64,000 nucleotides of DNA from Macrostomum lignano (Eukaryota). Below the pieces are notes generated by a model, which worked only from the letters and a program-made list of their open reading frames with translations, searched no databases and had not been told where the DNA came from. The DNA lies in NCBI GenBank assembly GCA_002269645.1, contig NIVC01002548.1, positions 62,001-126,000 of the forward strand, given 5' to 3'. The first letter of the stretch is position 1, and each line of letters begins with the position of its first letter. Positions 1-12,674 of this stretch are shown here, piece after piece. The position numbers were made by a program, and so were the translations under genes.

Positions 1-620
1 ATTTGAAAGATGGGACGGCAGATTTTGATGGGGAGGGCGGATTTTGATGGTGAGGGCGGATTTTGATGGAGAGGGCGGATTTTGATGGAGAGGGCGGATT
101 TTGAAAGATGAGACGGTGGATTTTGATGGCGAGAGCAGATCTTGATGGCGAGAGCAGATCTTGATGGTGAAGGCGGATTTTGATGGGGATGGCGGATTTG
201 AAAGATGGGACGGCAGATTTTGATGGGGAGGGCGGATTTTGATGGTGAGGGCGGATTTTGATGGAGAGGGCGGATTTTGATGGAGAGGGCGGATTTTGAT
301 GGAGAGGGCGGATTTTGATGGAGAGGGCGGATTTTGAAAGATGGGGCGGCAGATTTTGATGGGGAGGGCGGATTTTGATGGTGAGGGTGGATTTTGATGG
401 AGAGGGCGGATCTTGATGGTGAGGGTGGATTTTGATGGAGAGGGCGGATTTTGAAAGATGAGACGGTGGATTTTGATGGCGAGAGCAGATCTTGATGGTG
501 AAGGCGGATTTTGATGGGGATGGCGGATTTGAAAGATGGGGCGGCAGATTTTGATGGGGAGGGCGGATTTTGATGGTGAGGGTGGATTTTGACGGGGAGG
601 GCGGATTTTAATGGTGAGAG
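1..620. repeat. G-rich minisatellite, ~19-20 bp unit (GGATTTTGATGGAGAGGGC), truncated by window start
   Basis: About 30 visibly tandem, degenerate copies. Variant units such as GAAAGATGAGACGGTGGA recur at ~103 and ~453. Confidence 0.92.
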
Positions 621-638
621 GGGGGACTGTAAGAAAAA

Positions 639-3167
639 CGCCACCCTTTGCCCCAGTGAGCAGTTATCTTTCGACCAGCGTCTATCACTTAGCCAGCCAT
701 TTTGATATTGAAAAATGCTTAAAAAAAACTATGAAAACCGGGCGGAAGCTTCAATCCATCCAATCTTCGCCCTCCGCTCTTCCCAATCCCTCCTCACCCA
801 GCCCAACTCTGCATCGCGTGGCGCAAGTTGCGTCACTCAAAAGTCAACACTGAGCTAGAATTTACTGAGCACTCTCAAAGATGGCGACTTTTTAATGTTG
901 TTGAGTATACATATTTATCATCAACTTGATGATATGAACATGATATTTATCATTTAGTTCAACTATTGATTCGATAACTAGAATGCATAATGGACTTACT
1001 AGGAAAATTCATCAAAGACACAAGCCTTGTCGAAAATAAATTTAACTAAAATATTTTTACCACCAGCATTTTGTTATTATTCTTTCATTAGTTGTAATAA
1101 TTAGTTCAATCAAATACGAGTGTAATATCATAAAATATGAAATTCATCACCCTTGATGTGCGCCTGTAATAATAATCAGCAATCTTTAATGTACCAAAAT
1201 GGCAACACGCTTTACAGAGTAGCTCATTTCTATCTGCGCTCGCTTGATATCTAACTGAATCAGTTCATTTAAATAAATTGATTAAATTTCTGCCCAGCAA
1301 TACAGAGAGTCTAACCTTCAGCAGTTCTCCCAAATAAATTTCATATCTTTAGATTTACGCTTGAAATTTCACGGAAAATCAGTCACACTGTTCTCGTTTC
1401 GAGGGACGTTTTGAGGTTAAAAAAGGGCATAGTGATAGCTATTTTTCAGCATCTCGACATTGAATTATACACTGATGTCGCTTATTAAAACAGCCTACAA
1501 TGTACACACATAGCAATACGATTCCGACAGTACCGCGTCATGTTTGTTTTAAATTTCAGTTTAATTAGCCAATCCTTAACTCTCGCGGCTTTTTTAAATC
1601 CAAAGTGCCTCTGCCTTTAAGTCTATAGTGACTCCAACGCCAAAACTTGACGTAGCTCAGAGTTAGGGTTAAGCCATGGCTCTAAGGCTTTGATGCCAAA
1701 GCTTAAAGAAGTGCTGATATCTTAAGCTAGATGGCTGGCTTTTAGGGCGGATGCATTTTTGCTTTCAACATAGCTTTCCTCGAGAAACGAACAATAGTGA
1801 CTGTGCAAGGTGAAAAGCTACAATGTAGTTTCTTTTAAATTAGTATTTTCTTTGTTACCTTCTCAACGGGGCGCAGGTGGCTAGTCTATTGTATAACCAG
1901 TTACCTATTCTATATATATTTTCTCTAGATTTCTATAACTAGAAATTAATGCCTGGAAAATGGGAGTGGTCCCCTACTCAGCCACCTATTTTTTGCGTTG
2001 CACTGTTAATTTTCGAGCTCTGCAGATGCTCCATGCCTTGTTTACGAGTAGTCCTAAAGATCAGAGTGCTAATTATGCCATTGAAGAGGAGTGTCTCCTT
2101 TAGTTGCTTTTCTGAACCACTTCTTTGCAGCAATCTTGACGAAACTGGAAAACGACGTCACTGTACAGCAATTGACATGAGACGCGACAATTAGTACCTT
2201 TGTATGTTTTAAGGCAACGCAAGAACAGTGTCGGACGCTTAAATTTAGACCGTTCCTGACGCTTAAAAACCCAGCCAGCCCTTCTGCGAATACGCTTATA
2301 TTATCACTGTCAGATGAGACCTTTTTGCAACATGGATTGCGTGTCCATTTCAAGTACACATAGTTCGATACATTCATTCTACTCAATCAAGCTAATTAAG
2401 GTAGTCCGGCAGTGGGAACAAAATTAATTCTGGATACTCGGATGGCCTTAACAATATATAGCCTCATATTTACAACTTGTTTTGCACGAATTTCGCTTGC
2501 ACTGATGGCTGACGGACTTGCAAAGTATTTGACCGTTAACTCAACTGGCCTTTTGGGCTGTTTGTTACAGACCCCATGAAGAAGTGCTCATATTGTTTTT
2601 CATGCTGTTATTTATGATTAACTGTAAAAATTTGAATCTTGGGATTTTAGCCTTATGTTAGAGAAGGCGATGAACTAAGCTTTGCGAGCTACAAACACAA
2701 ACTTACTGATGAAAGACAAAGCTTATGTATTTTATGCACTCATTAAGATACTAATTTTAGCGTCGCAGGCGCTATATTTTAGCGTCCTGAAGCAAAACTG
2801 TTTGATTTCCACAACGAGGGTGGGGGACAAAGCATTTTGGCATGTACCCCATCTCTTTTGCCCCCCCCCCTCCCAGTGGCGACGCTCCTGTATATATATA
2901 CTCAACAGCATTAAAAAGTTACCTTTGAGTTGAGAGTGCGCAGTAGATTCTAGCTCAGTTTTGACTTTTGAGTGACGCAACTTGCGCCACGCGACGCAGA
3001 GTTGAGCTGGGTGAGGAGGGATTGGGAAGAGCGGAGGGCGAATATTGGATGGATTGAAGCTTCCGCTCGGTTTTCATTGTTTTTTTAAGCATCTTTTAAT
3101 ATAAAAATGGTTGCCCAGGTGATAGACGCTGGTCGAAAGATACTGCTCACTGGGGCAAAGGGTAGCG
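639..3167. mobile_element. Long inverted repeat pair (639-915 and 2890-3167); possible non-autonomous DNA transposon/foldback element, or two opposed copies of a dispersed repeat
   Basis: CGCCACCCTTTGCCCCAGTGAGCAG...CATCGCGTGGCGCAAGTTGCGTCACTCAAAAGTCAA...AATGTTGTTGAGTATA matches the reverse complement of 2890-3167 with scattered mismatches. No transposase ORF or clear TSD recognised. Confidence 0.7.
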
Positions 3168-4247
3168 AGTTGTCAATGTTGACGAGTATACAAGTTTGGC
3201 TTATAAGCCTCTGAATAAACTAAGCTCAACAATTTGTATTGGCAGAAGAGATGCTGCAGGACAAAAAGTAAGCTTGGAACTTTTCTCCAGCTAAGTCGTT
3301 AAGTCACCCCAACGGATGTTTCATCACGTTCGCCAGAATTTCACATCTATCTACGCCCAAAAGCGGTATCGTTCTAAAGGCTCGCTTTTTTGCGAAAGAA
3401 GATTCCCAGCCCCTTGTGGAAATTGGATGCCTTGTAGGAAACAGAAGCTTTTTTGATAAGCCAAGGCTTGCAAGCATACTATAGCAAAACTGAAGCAGCC
3501 TAGGGAGAAACTATACTAGGCCTATCCGATACATATAGCCACTATAGCCTAGATCAGTTGGCACAAGTTAAGGAAGCTTAATCTCAGCATAACCAACCTG
3601 TTCCAGACTGCGCAACGCTACAATACTCGTAAAAGACTGTATGATTAGTGCTAATATTCGATGTTAAAGAGTTCTACGTGTCAATAAGTGTCATCCAAGG
3701 ACGAATTTATATAATACTGTTGCGATGCTTTGATGCCTTTCTTGAACCTTATTAATAGGCATTAGAGTCCCTCTGATCTATATTAATTCTAAAACTAAAA
3801 GCCAACCTGCATAAAAATGAAGACAGTAACACAACTTAAAAACTCAAAAAACATTGGTAAAACAATTATATTTCGATGCTCGAACCGGAAAACGAAAAAC
3901 GAAAAAAATTGCAAACAAATTCACAAGCAATCAGTTGCTCAATGACGCTTGGTAACCTTTGTTTCGTACATGTACTCGTGTGGACGCAAGACTTAAAAGT
4001 TCAAGGCTGTCCAGTTCTGAGAACATGTGCGGCACAAAAGCTTCCACACTTAATTAATAAGCGATTCTCATCAGCTACAACAGAAAATCGCAAATGAATT
4101 TCAGTGTTGTAAATGATGAGAGTTAAAAAATGCGTCACATTTTTAACATGCTACTGACGGTCAGTAGAAAAAAAGGTAGTACGATAATATCGGAGAGGCT
4201 AATTTTTCTAAAATCTAGAAGCTAGCAAAATAAGAAAAAAATCAGGT

Positions 4248-4343
4248 CTACCCACCGCTGTAGGTGCTCATCAGGTGAAATGCTTCGCGTAGAGCCACTT
4301 GAGCCGATCTCATTTTTGCCACCTTTTTGTTATTCGCTTCAGC
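4248..4343 (-). CDS. Double-stranded RNA-binding protein, last coding exon (end of dsRBD2, stop)
   Basis: Acceptor TTTCAG at 4344-4349. Reads AEANNKKVAKMRSAQVALREAFHLMSTYSGG*, supplying the KKxAK helix of dsRBD2. Not in the ORF track. Confidence 0.85.
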   Translation of the reverse strand, partial: AEANNKKVAKMRSAQVALREAFHLMSTYSGG

Positions 4344-4421
4344 CTGAAATGAAAATTTGAATTACATTCTAAAAAAATAGACAAAGTTGAAAAATACATA
4401 TTCCAGCATATGCATAACCAC

Positions 4422-5027
4422 CGTATAAGCGTAGCCATCCACAACGCATTGCATAACGAATCTCGGCGTCCTGCCTGGCGCTTCCTTAGTATCCACAAGA
4501 TGAAAAGTGACCCCGTTCGGCCGGAGCTCGTTAATAATTGACACAGGATTCTTGGTGGCAAGCTCGGATGCACTGGGCAGACCTTTCTGCTGCTGGGAGG
4601 CTGGCGGAGTGGGAAGAGCTGCCAAGAACGAAAGCTGAGGTCGAGTAGCAGCAGGAGCAGGAGGAGCAGGAAGAGGAGGCGGAGTCCAATGGTCTGTACG
4701 CGGCTTCTTGGCTGGAGATGAGCCAGACGTGAACGCATCTGCAGCCGACCTCTTAGAGCCGGCGGCAATCCGTGCGGCAGGGGGGACTGCAGGAGTGGAA
4801 GCGCAGTTCAAGATACCAGCCACAGCCAGCCGCGCAGCCTCCTGCTTGGCCTCCTGTTTCGAATGACCATTGGCTCGAAACTCGCGGCCGTCAACTCGGC
4901 AGGCCATTTCAAACACTGGACAATGCGGGGGGCCGGACTGGCTAGTCAAGACGTAGGCTACCTGGCCTTGGCGCAGCTCGTTCAGCTGCGTCACGGGCGT
5001 CTTCACGGTGAAGCCGCTGTCTGACAT
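4422..5027 (-). CDS. Double-stranded RNA-binding protein with two dsRBDs (ADAR2/ILF3-like dsRBDs), exon 1; ~233 aa spliced
   Basis: dsRBD1 KTPVTQLNELR...SQSGPPHCPVFEMACRVDGREFRANGHSKQEAKQEAARLA; dsRBD2 KNPVSIINELRP...RFVMQCVVDGYAYT. A phase-0 GT-AG intron at 4344-4421 (78 nt) restores the domain. Confidence 0.88.
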
Positions 5028-6326
5028 TGCGGTTTCTGAGCTGCAACATGGAATGAAGCAGAGCACTACTCAAATTACTTAGGCTACTGTTAAGCCTACA
5101 TGTGTCTATAGTAGAGATGCCTAAATCCCTAAGAGATCCCTAAACCGAGCACGGGAGGGGGGGGGAAGAAGTTCCATTTCCAATGCCCGTTGAACAGTCG
5201 GAGTCTATTGCTGCAGTGAAGTCGAGCCCACCTGGAAGGAGCTGACAATAGAACCAGCTGCAACAGACTCCGCCATTCAATGCGACAGAAAGTAAAATAA
5301 AATAAAATTTACTGCGGCAAACCTGACGTGTAGACGAGACGAAACTCAATGGGAATAAAATCACCACCCTCAGAAGCGATTCGAGTAGATTAGTTGAGTC
5401 TTATTTATACCTGAGGCGGCAGAGACAAAATTGGGGGGACCGCCCGTCCAACCGGAGGGCGCAGCAATCAATGACGCCCCAGCAAAAACTGCAGCAGATT
5501 GTAGCGAAGCAGTTTCAAACGAGTTTTGGACCAGCTAAGCTTTCTTCCCTGACGAAAGCTATTGGGCTCGGGACCCACCTCCAAAATGAGTCTCTTAGTT
5601 GATACTTGGACTGCTCAAAGGGGGGGGGAACAGAAAAACATTTTTTGCAAAAAAGAAAACGTGACTGGAGATTGAGCGAGCGATCGAAATTCTACTAAAA
5701 GGAATTTTTGGAATAATTGAAACAATAAATTTCAAAGCAGAAATTATGAAAAGATTAAAGCGATCGCTGTGTTTTGCAGTTGTTTGTTGAGAGTTTTAAG
5801 CAGGTATGAACCAAATTTCGGACACAGACTTCAATGGGAGCTAAGCTGAAACAAGACTCCAAAAGAATTCTCGGCAGCCCCGAAACTTCCACGTTGCATT
5901 CTTTGATAAGAGAAACTGGAGAATGCCAGACAAGAAAAACTTATCCCAGTATTGAACAGCATGTCGCTGGAATGCCTATTTTGCTATGATCAAAGCAGTG
6001 ATTAAAGAATAAAGCCAGGTAAAACAAATTGAACAAGCTGAGTGATATAACTCACTGACTCAACTACCATGCTTGCAAAAAAGCATTCGACAGATGATCA
6101 CTATCATCGCCTGTTGTGCTATGCGAAATTTATTGTTTTAAAGAAAAATTTCGCGCTAAATTTGATAATAAATTGATAGATGCGACAATATTATTTGGTT
6201 AAAACACAATTTTTGCTTACATAAATTAAACAAGAGACTTAAAACATAACTTAGAAAACATAGTAGCATAATGTGTAATGAGCTAAATAAAATAGGAAAC
6301 TTAACAACAGAGGTTTGCATGCAAGC

Positions 6327-6338
6327 TGACAGACAGAC

Positions 6339-6368
<30 letters not shown>
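6327..6368. repeat. (GACA)n microsatellite
   Basis: About 10 tandem GACA units. Confidence 0.85.
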
Positions 6369-6369
<1 letters not shown>

Positions 6370-6640
6370 TAGGCTGACACACACAGAGCCTACAATACGA
6401 ATGCCATACATATTCATAACAATATACAACATTCGTTTCCTTAGCTGTTTACATACATGTATAATAAAAACCGTACCTAATTACACAACAGAAATTATTG
6501 TTGACTGCCGCTAATCAATCAATAAGGAAAACACGAGACGCAACAATGCATGTAGTAAGTGTAGGTCAGTTTAACAGCAACTATAATTCACCTGGGACAT
6601 GGTACAGAAGTTGCCCGCAAAGCCGAACAGCTACTGAGAC

Positions 6641-6671
<31 letters not shown>
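6641..6671. repeat. (ATT)n microsatellite, probably in the hnRNP R/Q 3' UTR
   Basis: About 10 tandem ATT units, ~150 bp beyond the stop codon on the minus strand. Confidence 0.85.
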
Positions 6672-6673
<2 letters not shown>

Positions 6674-6813
6674 TATATTATAACACTACGAAAAAATGGA
6701 CAATGGGGCAGTAGTCTGAGACAGAGAAAACTGAAAATATAAAATATAAAAAACACACCGAGAGCTGCGTCCACAACAACTTGAATCATGATTGAGCCTC
6801 CAGTCCAGCGGCC

Positions 6814-7656
6814 TCACCAGTTCCCAGTCACGTCGCTGGTCCAGTCCTGATCGGCGGCCCGGGACTGCTGCTGCTGCTCCCGCCTCTCCCGCTTGAAATC
6901 GCCGCCGCCGCCGCCGCCGGGTCCGCCGTCCTGCGCCTTGCGCTTCATCCCTCGGCCGAAACCGCCGCCACCGCCGCCTCTGAAACCGCCGCCGCCGCCG
7001 CCGCCAAATCCTCCGACAGCGCCGCCGCGGCCGCGCCAGCCCCCCTGGGCACCGCTGTTGTTGCTGAACGGCCGATTGTAGAAGCCGCCGCCGCCGCCGC
7101 CGCGACCTCCGCGGAAGCCGCCGCCTCCGAATCCGGAGGCACCGTAGACAGCGCCGCCGACAGCAGCGGCGCCATAACGCGGGGCGCCGCCGCCGCGAAA
7201 ACTACCAACGGCGGGGGCGCGGGCGCCGCCCCAATAGCCGCCGCTGAAACCGCCGCCCCAAGCGGAGTTGGCGGCGCCCCAACCGCCGCTCCAGCCGCCG
7301 CCGCCACAGCGACCGCCGCGGCCACCGCTGCGGAATGGCGCTGCGCCGACGCCCCGACTGTTGTAGAATCCGCCGGCGGCGCCGCCATCAAACGCGGCGG
7401 CGCCAACAGCGGGCGCGCCGCCGCCCCATCGATGCGTGTGATGCTCCATCTTGCGCTGCTCGCGCTTCTGCTTGACTTTGTCGGACACTGGTCGGGCCAG
7501 GCTGACCTCAAGCAGCCCCTTGCCAAGGCCTTCGTGGCCATTCAGAGCTTCCATTGCCTTCAGCGCGTGCTCGCGCTCTTCGAAGTGCACAAACGCGTAG
7601 TCTTTCATGCGCTTCACTTTCTCCAACGGGCCGTGCGAGCCGAACGCTTCGCGTAC
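6814..7656 (-). CDS. SYNCRIP: hnRNP R/Q (SYNCRIP-like) exon 5: end of RRM3, RGG/GFG low-complexity tail, stop
   Basis: Acceptor CATCAG|GTA; VREAFGSHGPLEKVKRMKDYAFVHFEEREHALKAMEALNG...LEVSLARP; RGG-rich tail with basic MKRKA motif. Confidence 0.92.
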   Translation of the reverse strand, partial: VREAFGSHGPLEKVKRMKDYAFVHFEEREHALKAMEALNGHEGLGKGLLEVSLARPVSDKVKQKREQRKMEHHTHRWGGGAPAVGAAAFDGGAAGGFYNSRGVGAAPFRSGGRGGRCGGGGWSGGWGAANSAWGGGFSGGYWGGARAPAVGSFRGGGAPRYGAAAVGGAVYGASGFGGGGFRGGRGGGGGGFYNRPFSNNSGAQGGWRGRGGAVGGFGGGGGGGFRGGGGGGFGRGMKRKAQDGGPGGGGGGDFKRERREQQQQSRAADQDWTSDVTGNW

Positions 7657-8454
7657 CTGATGATGAGCCAGGTGTGAAATAATGATTGCAGAAAACAGTT
7701 TATACACGTCATACACGAATCGCAGATGTCATAAAGATCTGCTTTGAAGAAAATCATAATCGCCAATTCAGCAGATGCCACCTGAATGGATCGGTGGGGG
7801 CTCACACAGCGCTTCTGCGAGCTGCTGGCGAAATGATTGAATCCTTCATCATTTCCTTGCATAATCCCAATGCCCGAATGTAGTGTAAACGCTCGCTACA
7901 TGTGGGTGTCAAGCAGCAATTTAGGTAGGCCGAGAAACAGCTGCGGTTCAAAAGGCTGCTCCACCGACTGCTTGGGGAGAGAAGAAAAGAATAACTTAAA
8001 AAACGAGGCTGTTATTCTTCCCAGGCCAGATGGGGGCAAGGAAATCGGCGCTACCCACATAGAACAATTATCAGGAAGAATCAGCAGACAAATCGGATGG
8101 ACCTGTTGATTGAGCAAGAGGCAGCAACTGACAGGACAATACAGTGTGCTGAATCAGCGGTGCCTGCCGCAATTCAATATACAAGATCCTGGAGGGTTAA
8201 GTGGGACTCAGATTAAGATGTTTGGAGCTGACGGGGAGTCGGTAATTACCTGCCTACTTAGCCAATTAGGTGTGCAAAAACACGCTCCGCAGTTGTTCCT
8301 AAGCGCTATTAAAACGAAAATTATGCATATTTTCTGCTATCGATTGGTTTAATTCTGAATGTCTACAAATCAATAAATAGGCAATAAATCGGAGAGGGCG
8401 CATTAAACAGAACTGATGTGACTTCTGTTGCGGAAGTGAACTTAAATAGACGGA

Positions 8455-8525
8455 TAGATTGATAATAGATAGACAGACAGATGGACAGACAGACAGACAG
8501 ATAGATAGACAGACAGACAGACAGA

Positions 8526-8561
<36 letters not shown>

Positions 8562-8578
8562 TAGATAGACAGACAGAC

Positions 8579-8609
<31 letters not shown>

Positions 8610-8690
8610 CAGACAGATAGATAGACAGACAGACAGATAGATAGACAGACAGACAGATAGATAGACAGACAGATAGATAGATAGACAGAC

Positions 8691-8753
<63 letters not shown>

Positions 8754-8773
8754 CAGACAGATAGACAGACAGA
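8455..8773. repeat. Compound (GATA)n/(GACA)n microsatellite in hnRNP R/Q intron 4
   Basis: About 80 interleaved tetranucleotide units. Confidence 0.95.
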
Positions 8774-9015
8774 CTGTTGCATACTAGCCTTAAGTATAAA
8801 GGCAGAGTTTTATTTATTATTATTGCTACGTACGAATAGCCATGTCGAGCCATAGACTCTAATGAAAAGCTATGGCTACAGGTCGTGAAGCAATCCAAGT
8901 CGATGAGCTTGGGGATAATAAAACGAGAAAGATCAGAGCTGATCATATTTAAGACGAGCCAGACTCGCATACCATGGCTACAATCATCGTGTGTGGCTTC
9001 TTCAAGACATAACAC

Positions 9016-9448
<433 letters not shown>

Positions 9449-9462
9449 GGCTCAATTCTCAC

Positions 9463-9728
9463 CTGATCCTCAGTGACATCAGAGCTCAAGTTCTTCACAT
9501 AGAGAATCTTCACATCGGACAGGTTGACTTCCTCATTATCGTCAATGGGATCGGCCCAGTCCACGTAGATGTCGCTGTTAAAGATGCGGACTCCGCGCCT
9601 GCCCAGCTTCTTCTTGGCGTTGGCGGCGTCAATGTGCGAGTCGAAGTGCAGAAAGCAGAAGCCGCGGTTCTTGCGCTGGGTGTTCATGTCGTCGGGCGTC
9701 GAATAGACGATGACGTCCTTCAGATTCT
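9463..9728 (-). CDS. SYNCRIP: hnRNP R/Q exon 4: rest of RRM2 and start of RRM3
   Basis: TAG|AG acceptor, CAG|GTGAGA donor; [13 protein letters not shown]...[13 protein letters not shown]...VDWADP...VKILYVKNL. Phases are consistent with the flanking exons. Confidence 0.93.
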
Positions 9729-10680
9729 CTACAAGTTTTGTAGAGTTGATCGCCCAAAGGCGGTTCGTGGGAGAGAATGAAATAGCATTGAAATTATAAT
9801 TCGAGTTTGAATATGCGGAGTTCAATTATGAATTTAATAACTTTAAATACCCAATTCTGCCTTACTACTTAACTAAATATGACTTCCCAAAGACGTTACC
9901 ATTTGTTTATATCATCGTTCATAAGAAAACTTTTTTAATTGACAATTTTACAAAGGGAATTATTTGTGTACTTTATAAGAGAAAATAATATTTGGCAGTT
10001 AGCAGGCCTTAGCTGGCCTGAGCGAATTCAGATTTAAGCAAAATTACAACGCAATAAGCGAATTTGCCTACTTACAAATTGACAGTCAAGTAGTAAGGAG
10101 TCAATTTTATGCTTATTTTTATATAAACCAACAACTGAGTACGGATACAAGAAAACTGAAATTGCATACGAAGAGGCACAAACGCCACAAACCTTGGCGT
10201 GTGCTTACAAGAATGCTGAATGAATAATAAATGCAAAAATTCATTAAAAAACTTCTCAATAAGCCAGCACACGGACAGGCAGTGGATAGCACCACACTTA
10301 TCAAACTTCAGCATAGTTTATTAAGGCCGTTTACTATGTATTTAAAATACTAATGTTGCTATTAGTAGTAGTAATAGAACATAAGATTTTAGGCCCAAAT
10401 TTTGTACTACAATAATTGACAGCAATATATTTCCAAGCAATTAGGCAAATCAAGCAAATTTTGAAGTTAATAAATTGAATATTTTGACAAAACTTAAAAA
10501 AGCAAACAGCAATTTGAAGTTAAAATTGAGTAAGCAAAAGTGCTTTTTTCCAACCCCCCCACTCACCCATTTTAATTGAAAACAAAAATGAGCAAAATTT
10601 TGCTTCTATAATTTCGTGAACCACCCGAATTCTTATATTACTAATAGTAGTTAACACAATAGATTTGAACAATTTTGTAC

Positions 10681-10816
10681 CTGTCAATTTGGAGAATTCC
10701 TCCATAATTTCGTCTCTACTCTTCGTTTTCGGTATATTCCCAACGAATAGACGCAGATTAGGAGTGGAAACGTTCACCTTGATTTTCTTCCCGGGACGAA
10801 TTTCATAGTCGTTGAG
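10681..10816 (-). CDS. SYNCRIP: hnRNP R/Q exon 3: end of RRM1 and start of RRM2
   Basis: ATAG|CTC acceptor, G|GTACAA donor; LNDYEIRPGKKIKVNVSTPNLRLFVGNIPKTKSRDEIMEEFSKLT. Confidence 0.93.
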
Positions 10817-11616
10817 CTATAAAAATGAGAATTGCGATTTTCAATTGTCTTAATTAGCAATTTTGATAAATAATTTTCCAGCTCAATTTTGTCTAACATG
10901 TTACTCGGCCTGTCGCACAAACAATGCTAGTTTTGAGTAAACCAATCCCTCACACAGTCAGACGGCACAATCGCATCAATCTGTTGCATCTATCAATCAT
11001 TCATTAATAACGAGCATAATATGCAAAATTAAAAAAACACAACTGCTTGAAACGGAAATGAACAATTACCAAAACATCGTTTGATTCGGTTTTTAAACTC
11101 TGCATCTCTTGTCAGTGCGAGTTCGCATCAAAATCTAACAGGCTATGCTTTTGCTTTTGCATTTACTTTTGTCAGTCCTGTTGCCAACTAAGCCGATCAG
11201 TTGTAGTTGCCGGTCACTTTCTCACAGACTAAAAGCCAAGCCAAGCTGTAGACAAAAAATGCGACTTACCTATGAAATAAAACTAGCAAAATCAAGGTAA
11301 TTTTAGGTGAACGGCAGGAGTATCCTTGACTGTGTTATTCATTCTACATGACTCGTCATCTAATTAGTGCTACATCTGTATTTTGACACTCGACTTGACA
11401 ATAAAATCTTGTGGTATTCTTACCTTATAAACGTACGCCCACCATGCTATACTGACTTCTGAACTGCACTGACAGATCATATAGAAATCTAGATTTAGAT
11501 TTTCTAGATTTCTATAGACAGACATTTAAAACCAGCAATAGTTTATTTGTATGTAGGCAGTAAATGAGTACTTATAAGTACGCTCCAGAATTTCTGCTAC
11601 TCATAGTAGTACTCAC

Positions 11617-12674
11617 CGTGTCAACAGCAGCTTTAGCCGAGTCCTTATCAACGTAGCGAACAAACGCGTAGCCGCGGTTAAATCCCGTATTTGGATCCAC
11701 CATGATGCGCATCTCGTAGATGCTGCCAGACTGCTCACAAAGAGGCACGAGCTCGTCCTCGTACAGATCCTTTGGCAGCTTGCCAAGGAACACCTCGGAT
11801 TGGTGCGTTGGCGGCTCGCCGTCCCAGTTCGATGGCGGCCCGTAGTGCCGCTGGCCGCTGGTGACCTCGTGATGAAAGCCGGTCCGCTCTAGCAGAGCCT
11901 TGATGGTGGCCTCGTTCGGCCCGTGGCTCGGCTGCGCGTGGCCGCCAGCCTTGGCCTCGTGCCAGACTCGCAGAATCGAGACCAGATGGGCGCTCCGGTC
12001 TTTAATCTCGGACAAGTCGGTCTCGCTGAACTCTTTCACCGCGCTATTGATCTGATCCTCCGGGAAGTCTTTCAGACAGGCCAGCGCTTCTTGGCTGAGA
12101 TCGCGATAGCCGATGGCGCCTGTGGCAAACAGATTCTGCACCTCAGTAGCCACAGCCTCGCTAATTCCCTGCTTCATCAGCCTAGTGAAGTCGTCAATCG
12201 ATTCGTCGAATTCTTCTTCAGCCGGAGCAGCTGCAGCTTCGGGGGCATCGGTTGGGGCGGCAGCAGCGGTTTCTTCAGTAGGCGCAGCGGCAGGTTCTTC
12301 AGCAACTGTAGCTGCGGCAGTTTCCACTGGTGCTGCCGGAGGAATGTTCTCGGTCACTACAGCGGGAGCTTTCTGAGCTTCCGGTTCAGGTACAGGTTGT
12401 GCCACCGGTTCAGGTTCAGCAGCCTGCTCGGGAGCTGGTTGCTCAGGAGCTGCAGGCTGCTCAGGAGCTGGTTGCTCAGGAGCTGGTTGCTCATGCTCAG
12501 GAGCCGGCTGCTTGGGCACTGTGCTAGCCTCCTCTGCAGCCTCTGCAGGCTGCTGCTGCTGCTGCTGCTGCTCAACCGCATCCCCCTGCTGCTGGCTGGT
12601 GGACAATTCCTGGCTGCTGGAGTCGGTGACTTCCTGGCTTTCGTCCGCACCAGCTGACGCTGTCGAGTTGTCAG
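11617..12674 (-). CDS. SYNCRIP: hnRNP R/Q exon 2: acidic Ala/Glu/Pro region, N-terminal helical (NURR-like) domain, RRM1
   Basis: Acceptor CTTTCCTACTAG|CT, donor ACG|GTGAGT; GPNEATIKALLERTG...GQRHYGPP...EVFLGKLPKDLYEDELVPL...NRGYAFV is the hnRNP R/Q signature. Confidence 0.93.

Noticed and set aside
1949-2386. Transposase within the long inverted repeat
   Set aside because: The short ORFs show no DDE or DNA-binding motif I can recognise.
4248-5027. Naming the dsRBD gene ADAR or ILF3
   Set aside because: No deaminase or DZF domain is visible; the dsRBD similarity is ambiguous between families.
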